Shown: positions 1 through 8,648 of the stretch, in pieces
Layout of the letters: the number at the start of each line of letters is the position of its first letter
Numbering within the stretch: position 1 is the stretch's first letter
Notes under the pieces: generated by a model
What the model saw: only the letters and a program-made list of their open reading frames with translations
Databases searched by the model: none
What the model was told of the DNA's origin: nothing
Source: a virus
Taxonomy: Duplodnaviria > Caudoviricetes
Length of the DNA stretch: 63,894 bases
Virus record (IMG/VR): IMGVR_UViG_3300037247_001086
Span: 1-63,894 of that record
Strand: one strand, 5' to 3'
Translations under genes and position numbers: made by a program

Positions 1-28
1 CGACGCCTCCATTGGGTATGGCTTTGCT

Positions 29-1072
29 TTGCATGTGATTACCAGAGACTTCCGAGGCTTTGAAACATTGCTTAGCTCTAGGTTAGGGCACGAGACAGGC
101 AACTCTCATCTGCCTCCATTTATCTATACAGCGCAAGATGAAGATCCAGGTGAACCGCTTTCAGCCGTGATCTTTAGAGCCAGGAATATCATTTGTACGG
201 GAGGATTCTTCGGTCCATCTGGAGCTTTTGAGCCTCTGGCCCCTAAGGACACAAATGGCGATGAAGCACAAGAATTTATCTTGGATGAGAATTCAGAATT
301 TCGAGGGATGTTGCTTCAGCTGCGGAAGGAGACCGCTGGCAATCAGAACGTAATAGCCCGCTTCGATAGGGTAGCGACTCAAGGTGGGCCAGGGGCACAA
401 GTATCTCAAGAAATGATTTTTGCTGTCAACTTTACAGGCTTTGATATCATCTGTTTCCACGCCGACGAACTGATCGCTCAGCCGGTCTATCCAGCAGGAA
501 CATACTTCCTTCGGATTTATGAGCAGGCAAGTTCCGATGTCAGTTTGTTCAAAACGGCGCTTGGAGCTCCAGTCTATCCTAGGGGTGCCCGATGGGAATT
601 TGATGGAGATGCTTGGTCGGATATTCCAGGTGTAGATATTTGGTTTGCTTGGCTTTCTGAGACGGTGGACAATCAGTCCGAGGTATTGTCGGCTTCCCAA
701 CGGAGCGGAGAGGTAGTGGATATAGATACCATTTTGTTGGACTTTGATGACACGAAGCCACGTACACCCATCATCGACTTTCGACCTTCGGAAACGGCCT
801 ACTACTACAACACTTCGTTCACCAGAGCTGCGGAGTCTTTTACGTTCCGATATTTGGACAGGAATTCAGGCGCGTCCACCATTACGATAGATGTGGCCGA
901 GCGGTCGGTGATTGACAATCGTTATGGTGACGAGATCCGCCAGACCATCGATGCCGATACGAACGAATGGTTGCGGATTTTACCGTTTGGAAACACGGTT
1001 ACAATCACGGCGGTGGATGGGGCGGTGGATGAGGATCATAGCATGGCTTGGAGAGATCGTTGGCAGTCATAG
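29..1072 (+). CDS. Tail component (distal-tail-like), probably 5'-truncated at the window edge
   Basis: C-terminus (..WLRILPFGNTVTI..MAWRDRWQ) resembles siphovirus Dit-type C-termini; lies upstream of hub and spike genes; ORF-track start lacks an obvious RBS. Confidence 0.5.
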   Translation: MHVITRDFRGFETLLSSRLGHETGNSHLPPFIYTAQDEDPGEPLSAVIFRARNIICTGGFFGPSGAFEPLAPKDTNGDEAQEFILDENSEFRGMLLQLRKETAGNQNVIARFDRVATQGGPGAQVSQEMIFAVNFTGFDIICFHADELIAQPVYPAGTYFLRIYEQASSDVSLFKTALGAPVYPRGARWEFDGDAWSDIPGVDIWFAWLSETVDNQSEVLSASQRSGEVVDIDTILLDFDDTKPRTPIIDFRPSETAYYYNTSFTRAAESFTFRYLDRNSGASTITIDVAERSVIDNRYGDEIRQTIDADTNEWLRILPFGNTVTITAVDGAVDEDHSMAWRDRWQS

Positions 1073-2184
1073 ATCAAGTGGCGGTATATGTGCGCCAGCC
1101 TATTCCCCCTTACTATCGAATAGCTGGGCCAATCAAACATGAGAGTTTAGAGCGTTCATATATCCTGTCGGAGAGGGAAGATGCCCGAATTGCTGTGGCG
1201 GTTGATGATGTTGATATCGATTGGACACGCCCTGGAATGTGTTGGAGTATCGAATCTCCTAATGAAGCGATCTGGGCGGGCTTTGTTCGTCCTCAAGAAA
1301 TCGATCTAGAAGCTTCAGCTATCACTCTTGATCTAGTGGCGGCATTGGAGGGGTTGCTCAATGTGGAAATGGCCATTCGTGATCCTGTTAGGCAAAGCGT
1401 AGCTGAGGCTGTCAGACAATCTCTCACAGAGGCGCAAGCGGCTTCGGCTGTTGGCGTGTTTGCCGGAGACATTCAATCTGAAGCGAAGACAATAGATACG
1501 GAAATTCGAGGGGAGACGGTAGCTGAATTTATCGAATCAGTTCGTGCGGATACTGGCTTGGACTGGCGTATTAGAACTGAGCCGATACAGGGAAACGGTA
1601 TAGAATTTCTTCTCGACTTTGGTAATCTTCAGAAGAAGACTGATATTGTTATCGAAAGGAATGATCTTGTTGCAGGTAAGATCATCCGAGGGCCAGCCGT
1701 TTCTTCTATTACGGTGATGGGCTCGGCGGTAACGTTTAGTGAACGTCCAGCGGCTACAGCAGCGGCCACGACACGACGACTTTCGGGTCAGAGTGGAAGA
1801 GAAATTACTACTGAAGGAGCGGTACGAGAATTTGTAGAAGGTCGTGATCTTGGCCCAGCTTCTGCTAGGCATCAAACCGTGATTGTGGAACGTGTTCGAG
1901 CGAGTATTGGTCAAGTAGCTGACAGCAGAATCATAGATACGTTACGCTCAACAGACGAACTCTACGTTACACTCGATATGTCCAACGAAGCTTTGAGAGC
2001 CTTGAGAATAGGCGATGTCTGCCGAATCAACATACCACTATGGGTTACAGATTTAGCCGTTGTAGGGGATGCTCAGGTACGGGAGATCGTGCCTTCTGAG
2101 GAAACCGGAGAGAGGGACATTGTGCTGTGGCCGCTGGCTTTCAAGCTGGCCGATACTACGGCGGCTATTGAGGCGGCAAATTGA
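1048..2184 (+). CDS. Tail hub/baseplate-like protein
   Basis: 378 aa; overlaps the upstream gene; C-terminal LRIGDVCRI motif typical of phage tail hub proteins. Confidence 0.5.
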   Translation: MERSLAVIDQVAVYVRQPIPPYYRIAGPIKHESLERSYILSEREDARIAVAVDDVDIDWTRPGMCWSIESPNEAIWAGFVRPQEIDLEASAITLDLVAALEGLLNVEMAIRDPVRQSVAEAVRQSLTEAQAASAVGVFAGDIQSEAKTIDTEIRGETVAEFIESVRADTGLDWRIRTEPIQGNGIEFLLDFGNLQKKTDIVIERNDLVAGKIIRGPAVSSITVMGSAVTFSERPAATAAATTRRLSGQSGREITTEGAVREFVEGRDLGPASARHQTVIVERVRASIGQVADSRIIDTLRSTDELYVTLDMSNEALRALRIGDVCRINIPLWVTDLAVVGDAQVREIVPSEETGERDIVLWPLAFKLADTTAAIEAAN

Positions 2185-2185
2185 G

Positions 2186-3844
2186 ATGATAAAAATAGAT
2201 CGCCGTGGAATAGACACAGCACTGTTTGCTGAGAGACGTCTTGAAACGATAGCTCGAAGAAGAGAGCTACGACGGGTTCAGACTAGAATCAAACGGGATA
2301 TCAGTGAACTTCAACGGCGTGGCGGTTCTCTCCCAGTATTTTCTCCCCTAAAACATTTTCATGAGGTTACGGATCTTGAGATCGGGGGAGTTTCATTCTA
2401 TTTTGATATGCTCATCGACCCGAGTTGGGTAGGGCCGCAAGGGCAAGTCGTCCAATCCTTCTCAGGTTTCACCTTCCGAGTCTTCAATGCTATCAAAGCG
2501 GCGGCTGATGCAGCCAATACGGACAGACAAGCTACAGGCCAGAGCACTTCTTTCTTCATTTGTTCAATAGAAAACACTCAATATTCGTATCAGGAAGACA
2601 CAACGATAGATTGGGATCCGCCTAACGCTGGTTCTTATCATGTTTATGGAACCGGCTCTGACGCGACATCTATTGAAGGAACGATGATTTCAGGGGACTT
2701 GTTCAATATTCCAACGCTAGTCAATGATAGTATCGTAGAATTTCATCACTTGGAACTGAAGACAGACGAATCGATCGATCTTATTCAAGGGGGGGGATCG
2801 ACGGGAATTACCTTGGACAATTGCTGGCTTCGTCCGAATGATAGCGGGGCGAAGGCTATCGATACTGGAAATGCTGGTGTTGGTTGGAACATCGCCAACA
2901 CGAATATTGAGGGGTCAGGTGTCGGTATAGGGCGTACTGGAGCTGGTTTGATGAGTGTTCGTCTGACAACTTGTTATGTAGCTGTGACGACAGGAATCCA
3001 GCTTATCAATGATGCTCAGGTCTACTGTACGAATGTTCGTTTCAATTGTACGGATGAAGACGTAGAAATCGGGGCTACAACAGGTGCTCTGGCCTTCTCT
3101 GCTGGCGGCTGCGAGTTCAACGAGGGTATCTATTTCACATCCGGTGCTTCCGTCTCTTGGTTCGATAACTTTGTTGTGGGGACTTGTGTCTTTAACCTTG
3201 GTTCGGGGGAGACCGGCATTGACTATTCTGGGGCTACGGGAGCGGGTGCCCTGCTTAATGCTGCGGCCCATAGCATCACTAGCAACACGTTCAGAGGCTC
3301 TGGGACAGCTAAGGGTATTGTGGGCGGCTCAGCATTAGCTGACGGCCCACATCATGTGGCAGTTGGATTTAATTCGTTTGAAGGCTTTACAGCAGGTAAC
3401 GAGATCATCGATATGGATCTCACAGGTGACAATGAGGTCGCTCATAACGTTACTGATTCCGGCGCTGTTCTGATGACTGTTGGAGCAGGTCATCAAGCCG
3501 ATAGCATTTCAGTATGGGTCGCTGATGATGCACAGAATCCTTCTATTGGAGTTATCCCTGCTAACAGCTTTGTCGTGGCGGTTCATCTGCATGTGACGGA
3601 AGCGTTCGATTCAGACGGTACGGATGAAATTGAGGTTGGCTATGGCGCCGACAACAATGCGTATGCCACGCTGACAGACGTTTCTACTACAGGTGTTAAG
3701 GCAGTAACGCTTGGAGTTGATGAAGGGTATAGTGGAACAGAACGAGCAGCGGAAGCGTATTATGTCAATGGCGGTTCCGAACCTACTGTGGGCAAGGCGC
3801 TTGTGGTGATTGAGTTCTTCCGCGTACTGGCGGAGGTCGCATAA
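2186..3844 (+). CDS. Tail spike/receptor-binding protein with right-handed beta-helix (pectin-lyase-like) region
   Basis: ATG 2186 follows upstream stop; Gly/Asn/Thr-rich beta-helix repeats (ITLDNCWL, IANTNIEG, ITSNTFRG, VGFNSFEG). Confidence 0.6.
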   Translation: MIKIDRRGIDTALFAERRLETIARRRELRRVQTRIKRDISELQRRGGSLPVFSPLKHFHEVTDLEIGGVSFYFDMLIDPSWVGPQGQVVQSFSGFTFRVFNAIKAAADAANTDRQATGQSTSFFICSIENTQYSYQEDTTIDWDPPNAGSYHVYGTGSDATSIEGTMISGDLFNIPTLVNDSIVEFHHLELKTDESIDLIQGGGSTGITLDNCWLRPNDSGAKAIDTGNAGVGWNIANTNIEGSGVGIGRTGAGLMSVRLTTCYVAVTTGIQLINDAQVYCTNVRFNCTDEDVEIGATTGALAFSAGGCEFNEGIYFTSGASVSWFDNFVVGTCVFNLGSGETGIDYSGATGAGALLNAAAHSITSNTFRGSGTAKGIVGGSALADGPHHVAVGFNSFEGFTAGNEIIDMDLTGDNEVAHNVTDSGAVLMTVGAGHQADSISVWVADDAQNPSIGVIPANSFVVAVHLHVTEAFDSDGTDEIEVGYGADNNAYATLTDVSTTGVKAVTLGVDEGYSGTERAAEAYYVNGGSEPTVGKALVVIEFFRVLAEVA

Positions 3845-3855
3845 ATAGAACAGGA

Positions 3856-4140
3856 GTGGACATGGAAGGTTCGGAGGCTTTAGTTGCGACTATGGGTAGC
3901 ATCATTGGCGCACTGGCAGCGTTGGTGGGCGTCATGTGGAAGGGACGCAACAACAAGCCACACGATAACCCTGGGAGCAGTGCGCATTTCGCAACGATAG
4001 AGGCGCTGGCCGAGCAGACGGTAAAGGGTATTGATGGTATGCGCACCGAGCTCGCAGCGATTCAACTCACACTCAAAGGCATGGAGACAGTTGTGGGCGG
4101 CTGTGCGACTGCTCAGCGATATAGAGGGAAAAGCGAATAG
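3856..4140 (+). CDS. Small membrane protein (N-terminal TM plus coiled coil), holin-like
   Basis: Hydrophobic ALVATMGSIIGALAALVGVMW; AGGAG RBS; follows tail genes. Confidence 0.45.
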   Translation: MDMEGSEALVATMGSIIGALAALVGVMWKGRNNKPHDNPGSSAHFATIEALAEQTVKGIDGMRTELAAIQLTLKGMETVVGGCATAQRYRGKSE

Positions 4141-4149
4141 GAAAGGAAT

Positions 4150-4353
4150 GTGGCTACGTCAATAGCCATTGCGATTGAAACGCATCAACGACTAGGGGGT
4201 TGTAAACGTTGTGGGGGGGATCTATTACCCTTTAATGGGGGCCGTGAATGTTTACAGTGTGGCTGGGAACCTGGCATGCAGATTCGCTATATGCCACCTG
4301 AGCTTCCTCCTAAGAGGAAGCGGGGAAGGCCGCGTGGCCAAAGCCAGCGGTGA
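4150..4353 (+). CDS. Small zinc-ribbon protein with AT-hook
   Basis: CKRC..CLQC and KRKRGRPR. Confidence 0.55.
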   Translation: MATSIAIAIETHQRLGGCKRCGGDLLPFNGGRECLQCGWEPGMQIRYMPPELPPKRKRGRPRGQSQR

Positions 4354-4358
4354 GGGGG

Positions 4359-4395
4359 AACGAGGGCGCTCAGCACGCTCTGAAACGCCCTCGTT
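4359..4395. terminator. Hairpin between convergent transcription units
   Basis: AACGAGGGCG ... CGCCCTCGTT inverted repeat at the +/- strand switch. Confidence 0.45.
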
Positions 4396-4422
4396 GGTGA
4401 ATTCCTACTTGATGTCGGCTAG

Positions 4423-4575
4423 CTATTCTTTGCAAGCGTCATACATCGGCCCTTCTTCTTTCTCTCCTTTGTCTTTGCTGAACCAGTCCTTGATCGGAGG
4501 TATTCCTATTAGGTGCCAAGCTCCGGTGAAGGCCAGCATATATAGAATTATGTGCTGCCAGATGTTGTGATCCAT
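4423..4575 (-). CDS. 50-aa membrane micro-protein (not in ORF track)
   Basis: Hand translation MDHNIWQHIILYMLAFTGAWHLIGIPPIKDWFSKDKGEKEEGPMYDACKE; AGAAAGGA RBS. Confidence 0.5.
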   Translation of the reverse strand: MDHNIWQHIILYMLAFTGAWHLIGIPPIKDWFSKDKGEKEEGPMYDACKE

Positions 4576-4624
4576 GATTTCCTTTCTGTCGATAATGGAT
4601 GATTTTTATTTCGATTTCGGGTAG

Positions 4625-4810
4625 TTAGTGCTCTGTCGGCACTAGGATCAGTTCAGCGCGGCGAAACCACATGAGTCCGCCGAATCGGTGTTGCAGACAG
4701 ACAGGATCTCGGCGTTTCTTGTCTATAACTACTACCTCAAATGGGAGCTTATTGCTGCCGCCCTTCGCTGTGATAAGCACATTGTCGCCAACCTTCGGGT
4801 ATGTTCTCAT
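4625..4810 (-). CDS. Hypothetical protein (KOW/SH3-like)
   Basis: KVGDNVLI start; ATGA overlap with upstream gene. Confidence 0.5.
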   Translation of the reverse strand: MRTYPKVGDNVLITAKGGSNKLPFEVVVIDKKRRDPVCLQHRFGGLMWFRRAELILVPTEH

Positions 4811-5079
4811 GCTCCCGCCTCTGGCATCAGGGCACGGGCCTTGGTGAGAGCTGCTTGGGCGTTATACAGAGCCTTCGCGTGTTCATCCCGCACGCGCTGG
4901 GTTAGTGTGATCTTGGTGTCCTCAACGTAGGGTATGGCCCAAGTCAGCGCCGCTACCAGCTCTGCGTGGGACTCGGCTAGGGCGTTGTAGGCAGCGAGCT
5001 TTCGCTCAACTTCGGCCTCTAGCCTGTCAAGCAGGGCAGTCATCTCCTTGTTTAGTTGCTCAAACTCTGCGGTCATCAC
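4807..5079 (-). CDS. Hypothetical helical protein
   Basis: GGAGGAG RBS; overlapping chain of minus-strand genes. Confidence 0.55.
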   Translation of the reverse strand: MMTAEFEQLNKEMTALLDRLEAEVERKLAAYNALAESHAELVAALTWAIPYVEDTKITLTQRVRDEHAKALYNAQAALTKARALMPEAGA

Positions 5080-5318
5080 TCCTCCTTTGCTGCAATCTGG
5101 GTTAGGACTGCGTAGGCCTTATGTGCTCCGATACCGTGAAGGGGGCAATCGTCGCTTGTTAGCTTGCCGTCATGCCCGCATATACAGAAACCATGTTGGT
5201 TGACTGCGGCTGACAGCGTTTCCAGCGCCTCTACCAGCGCGTCGAAGTGTTTGGCGCGGCGCTCGGTCTCCTGAAACCAAGCCATAAAGCCCTCGACGCC
5301 CATAGTCTGTGTCTCCAT
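5076..5318 (-). CDS. Hypothetical protein
   Basis: GAGGAG RBS; coupled to the next gene. Confidence 0.5.
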   Translation of the reverse strand: METQTMGVEGFMAWFQETERRAKHFDALVEALETLSAAVNQHGFCICGHDGKLTSDDCPLHGIGAHKAYAVLTQIAAKEE

Positions 5319-5547
5319 GTCTAGGACTCCTCTCTAGGTGGCTCTGTGGCCATAGTGCCTGCAAATGTGTGGCCCCTTGTGATCCTTTTTGCGCCCACAA
5401 TAGCTACCGCAGTAGGGACAATCAGCTTCACAAGCGGAGGGGGGGCGTGGGTCAGCCATTTCTACAGCCCACCACGCCACCATTGAAGGCCCAGCCAACA
5501 ACAGCACAATCCGCCCATGATAGCTATGCCCCAGAGTCCGGCGTCCA

Positions 5548-6108
5548 TTATCCAATCTCCTTTCCGCAAATGTCACAACGCGCAGCGTAAACTACGGCCA
5601 ATCCTTCACGTGTGACCTTGCTGCTCTTGACTCGCTTGGTGCTCCAGTTATGTTCACAAGCACGCGGCCTGTCCAGTCTGGTAGCTGCGCGGGTACGGGC
5701 GCTTGGCTTTTCTATTGCAGTCCAGGGAGCCACCTTGACTCGTCGCTTCCGGGCCTCTTTCCGCAGAGCGCTCCGTTCTAGACCCGCCCACCTTACCAAT
5801 AGCTCGATGAGCAATGCTACGAACTCCGGGCTGTGGAATGCTCCGGCGGGATTGAGGCTGTGCGTTATTTCATGCAGTACGAACAGCTTCTTTCTCGACC
5901 AGATTGGTAGGCTTATTTGACTCGAAGAACCATAGGCTGATCTTGTCCCACGGCCATCGGCTATCCTAGGAGGTCGTTGTCTTGGACGGTACGCAGCCCA
6001 AACATCCATGACAAGATTACGGCACTCGTCCAGGCTGAGAGTTTCGGCTGTTTCGAACACTCGTTCCCAGGCGTATACCTTGCTGCGTTGACTGTCTCGT
6101 ACTGTCAT
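5548..6108 (-). CDS. HEXXH metallohydrolase (Rv0185/TIGR04338-like)
   Basis: RDSQRSKVYAWE N-terminus, VLHEITH and H-S-P-E-F motifs. Confidence 0.7.
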   Translation of the reverse strand: MTVRDSQRSKVYAWERVFETAETLSLDECRNLVMDVWAAYRPRQRPPRIADGRGTRSAYGSSSQISLPIWSRKKLFVLHEITHSLNPAGAFHSPEFVALLIELLVRWAGLERSALRKEARKRRVKVAPWTAIEKPSARTRAATRLDRPRACEHNWSTKRVKSSKVTREGLAVVYAARCDICGKEIG

Positions 6109-6109
6109 T

Positions 6110-6739
6110 TTAGTACCATCCTTCTAGTTTGTTGTGCTCCCGTTGCACATAGTCTTTCATCCAACCGTCAACGATTCCACCTGTCCGGCGGTGACGGCGA
6201 TACAGCGCCAGCAGCTCTTTCATCTCGGGCCAGTTGTCCGAACAAATCGTCGGCCAGATGTCCACATAGATGAGATCGAAGTGACGGCCCTGGATTGGCG
6301 GCTGTTTGCCATCAGCCAAAATGATCCGGAGCTTCTTGTGATGGACATGAGGAGCTACCAACTCGATAACAGCCGGTTCTATCTCTAGTACCGTGACGCT
6401 CCTTACTTCCTTCTTATGGCACATAGCCAAGCTAAGCATGCCAAGGCCGAGACCGACCACGAGAACGTCACCAGCGGCTTTCTGGAGTGCATCGTAATTA
6501 CTGTTATGCTCCATCGGCGTGTCGCTCATCCAGACCTCGTCCCAAGATGGGTCGGCACCGACATCCCGAACTTGTCTCATGATGCAATATGTTCCAGGCG
6601 GGACATATGTCAGCTCGTTGGCCATCAGATCCCGAACAGTGTCTTTTTCCTTGGTGCGGTGTGTGATATAGAAGGAACCAGAGCCGCCACGTTTCGTCTC
6701 CGGTATGACTTTGGTCATGTCAGGGAATAAGCATGTCAT
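6110..6739 (-). CDS. Spermidine-synthase-like SAM-dependent transferase
   Basis: WMSDTPME, GDVLVVGLGLG, VTVLEI, FDLIYVDIW motifs. Confidence 0.7.
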   Translation of the reverse strand: MTCLFPDMTKVIPETKRGGSGSFYITHRTKEKDTVRDLMANELTYVPPGTYCIMRQVRDVGADPSWDEVWMSDTPMEHNSNYDALQKAAGDVLVVGLGLGMLSLAMCHKKEVRSVTVLEIEPAVIELVAPHVHHKKLRIILADGKQPPIQGRHFDLIYVDIWPTICSDNWPEMKELLALYRRHRRTGGIVDGWMKDYVQREHNKLEGWY

Positions 6740-7056
6740 AATTCCTCGTTCCTTTCCAGTTCCTTCTCGTATCTGTCCATGGAGGTCTCCATGTCGGCGT
6801 CTCTCATCACTTGACGGGCCACCAGTACGATACAGTCGTCTTGATGCAGAATTTGATATGGCTGATCAGCGACGATCACACAAAACGGACAGCCCCACGG
6901 CCCGCCAATATTAGGCTCCGGCTCGATGAATTTCCCTAGTGGGCAGGCGCTGTCATCCACGGCTTCCAAGATTTTGCAGAGCTGTTCGTTGGTACGCTCC
7001 GCCTCTTGGACTTCACCGTCCTCTGATGGCCGTACGAATGGGTATAGGTCTTTCAT
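6736..7056 (-). CDS. Hypothetical protein
   Basis: Coupled by TGATG/ATGA overlaps; CPFC motif. Confidence 0.55.
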   Translation of the reverse strand: MKDLYPFVRPSEDGEVQEAERTNEQLCKILEAVDDSACPLGKFIEPEPNIGGPWGCPFCVIVADQPYQILHQDDCIVLVARQVMRDADMETSMDRYEKELERNEEL

Positions 7057-7253
7057 CAGTACGCCTCCACATAATCATGCAAGAGCTGCAGAACCTCGTC
7101 GTAGGAGCCGCACTTCATGGCTCGTTCCGACCACTCCTTGGCACGGTCACGCTGGCCGTCCCGCTTCAGAGCCTTGCTGACTTGACCGATGATGGCAAAC
7201 ACGTTGCCATCGGTTCCGACCAGTTCACATTCAGGTTTCCTTATGCCTGTCAT
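7056..7253 (-). CDS. Conserved small phage protein
   Basis: LVGTDGNVFAIIG..SYDEVL pattern common in phage/plasmid hypotheticals; AAGGAG RBS. Confidence 0.7.
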   Translation of the reverse strand: MTGIRKPECELVGTDGNVFAIIGQVSKALKRDGQRDRAKEWSERAMKCGSYDEVLQLLHDYVEAY

Positions 7254-7265
7254 TTCTTTCTCCTT

Positions 7266-7391
7266 CTATCCGGCTTGCAGGAATTTCCCGCAAACGCCGC
7301 ATTTGAAGCCGTGACCCAACGCGCCCTTACTTTTGTATGGTGTGGCGTTGGCCCAACAGTCATGTCTTCTACCGTTCTTGGAAGCTGTCAT
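7266..7391 (-). CDS. 41-aa zinc-ribbon micro-protein (not in ORF track)
   Basis: Hand translation MTASKNGRRHDCWANATPYKSKGALGHGFKCGVCGKFLQAG; AAAGGAG RBS. Confidence 0.55.
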   Translation of the reverse strand: MTASKNGRRHDCWANATPYKSKGALGHGFKCGVCGKFLQAG

Positions 7392-7612
7392 TTTCGTTCT
7401 CCTTTCGCTACTTTGGCTGCCTGCCTCCGGCACCCATCGGGCATAACGAATATGTGAAGATAACGACTGGATTTAGCTGTGGTTCCTCGAGGCAACTTCA
7501 CTTTCATCTGCGCCTGATGAAAATCGCTATGCCCGATGGAGGCCGGAAACCTCCATCAGCGGTTTTGTCAGAGCCCACTACAGCCCCTCCGCCATGTCAT
7601 AAGCATCTCCTT

Positions 7613-7718
7613 TCCGGCCTTCATCGGGATTGACGGTGGCTAGGAAGGGTAGGACAGAAAGGAACGGGCGAAAGCCCCTCGCTGAAGCACCACCACCGTC
7701 AACCCGATGAAGGCCGGA
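7613..7718 (-). ncRNA. Candidate antisense sRNA: 26-bp stem with loop complementary to the capsid RBS
   Basis: Arms 7613-7639 and 7693-7718 are inverted repeats (one bulge); loop 7640-7664 is identical to 53428-53452. Confidence 0.65.
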
Positions 7719-7739
7719 GCCTTCATCTTGGACAGCGAA

Positions 7740-8150
7740 TTATTCGTCTTCCTTGTCGCCACACTCTGTACAGGAGACCGAACCTGTTTTCAGGTTGACT
7801 TCTTTACCGGCTTCAGCGTTGCAGTGGTAGCATTTCTTGCCGTGCTTTTCAAAGTCGTGTAGTGCGATTCCTACTCGAAGCATCGGCGCATAGACATCGC
7901 CACGCCAGCTATTGGAGCCGAATGAGATATCACCTTCGGCCAGCTTGTCTCTATTGAAGACCGCGACGGCGGTTTCTGAGCAGTCCACTTTGTAGAACAC
8001 GACGCCAAGCATTGGCCCTTCCTTGGGGTCGGTGAACTTGATGACGTTGAAGGGAGCGCCACCGACACCATTGCGGTGATATTCCACTTCCTCGACTTCA
8101 ATGTACTCGGCCCCTCTACCGTTTCTCTTGTACGGGTTTTCTACTCTCAT
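7740..8150 (-). CDS. Conserved hypothetical phage protein with C-terminal zinc ribbon
   Basis: YHRNGVGGAPF and NSWRGD motifs; CYHC..CTEC. Confidence 0.65.
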   Translation of the reverse strand: MRVENPYKRNGRGAEYIEVEEVEYHRNGVGGAPFNVIKFTDPKEGPMLGVVFYKVDCSETAVAVFNRDKLAEGDISFGSNSWRGDVYAPMLRVGIALHDFEKHGKKCYHCNAEAGKEVNLKTGSVSCTECGDKEDE

Positions 8151-8172
8151 TTTTCCTTGCCCCTTCCTTACT

Positions 8173-8236
8173 TGGGATACCTCATCAGGCTATGGGCTCC
8201 CACCCCACGGCGACCGGCCCGAAGGCCGGTTTCGGT
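8173..8236 (-). ncRNA. Type II hammerhead ribozyme HH1
   Basis: Minus strand: acc-GAAA-ccggcc ttcg ggccgg-TC^-gccgtggg gtgggag cccatagc-CTGATGA-ggt-a-tccca. Confidence 0.9.
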
Positions 8237-8246
8237 TAAAAGATCT

Positions 8247-8423
8247 CTACTCTTCAAGCTCAAGAGAAGTTGGCGTCTTGACAGGGCAATTGACAAACTC
8301 CCCAAACTGACGCCGCTCTAGTCGGCAACGACGACAGAGATAGCCTTCACAAGCTGTGCATTGCTTAGAAGGAGTTGGATAAACTGCTCTCCCCCCGCAG
8401 TGACGACAATATGTCAATTCCAT
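8247..8423 (-). CDS. 58-aa Cys-rich micro-protein between HH2 and HH1
   Basis: Hand translation MELTYCRHCGGRAVYPTPSKQCTACEGYLCRRCRLERRQFGEFVNCPVKTPTSLELEE; AAGGAG RBS. Confidence 0.6.
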   Translation of the reverse strand: MELTYCRHCGGRAVYPTPSKQCTACEGYLCRRCRLERRQFGEFVNCPVKTPTSLELEE

Positions 8424-8443
8424 TTCTGCTCTCCTTCTCTCTC

Positions 8444-8503
8444 GACCTACCTCATCAGCGCCAGACGGTCAGTTCTGACGGACGCCCTTGTGGGCGTTTC
8501 GGC
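8444..8503 (-). ncRNA. Type II hammerhead ribozyme HH2
   Basis: Minus strand: gcc-GAAA-cgccc acaa gggcg-TC^-cgtcaga actgaccg tctggcg-CTGATGA-ggt-a-ggtc. Confidence 0.9.
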
Positions 8504-8628
8504 TACGATAGAATCTTCACCATGTAAGCAAAGGCTTTCTCGTAGGTCTGTACGCCATATCGCTCCGGGTCTGCAACTGTGCGACGAGCGTAGTATGCTG
8601 CGGCTTTCTGGATCTGTCCCTTAGTCAT
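8503..8628 (-). CDS. 41-aa micro-protein between HH3 and HH2
   Basis: Hand translation MTKGQIQKAAAYYARRTVADPERYGVQTYEKAFAYMVKILS; AAGGAG RBS; TAG abuts HH2. Confidence 0.6.
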   Translation of the reverse strand: MTKGQIQKAAAYYARRTVADPERYGVQTYEKAFAYMVKILS

Positions 8629-8648
8629 TACTCTTCTCCTTCGATATA

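Noticed and set aside
7050-7062. CTGATGA on the minus strand
   Set aside because: It is the TGA/ATG junction of two genes; no GAAA or stems
7514-7560. CTGATGA ... GAAAC on the plus strand as a fifth hammerhead
   Set aside because: Stem II cannot close next to the core and there is no stem III with an NUH; better explained by the hairpin system
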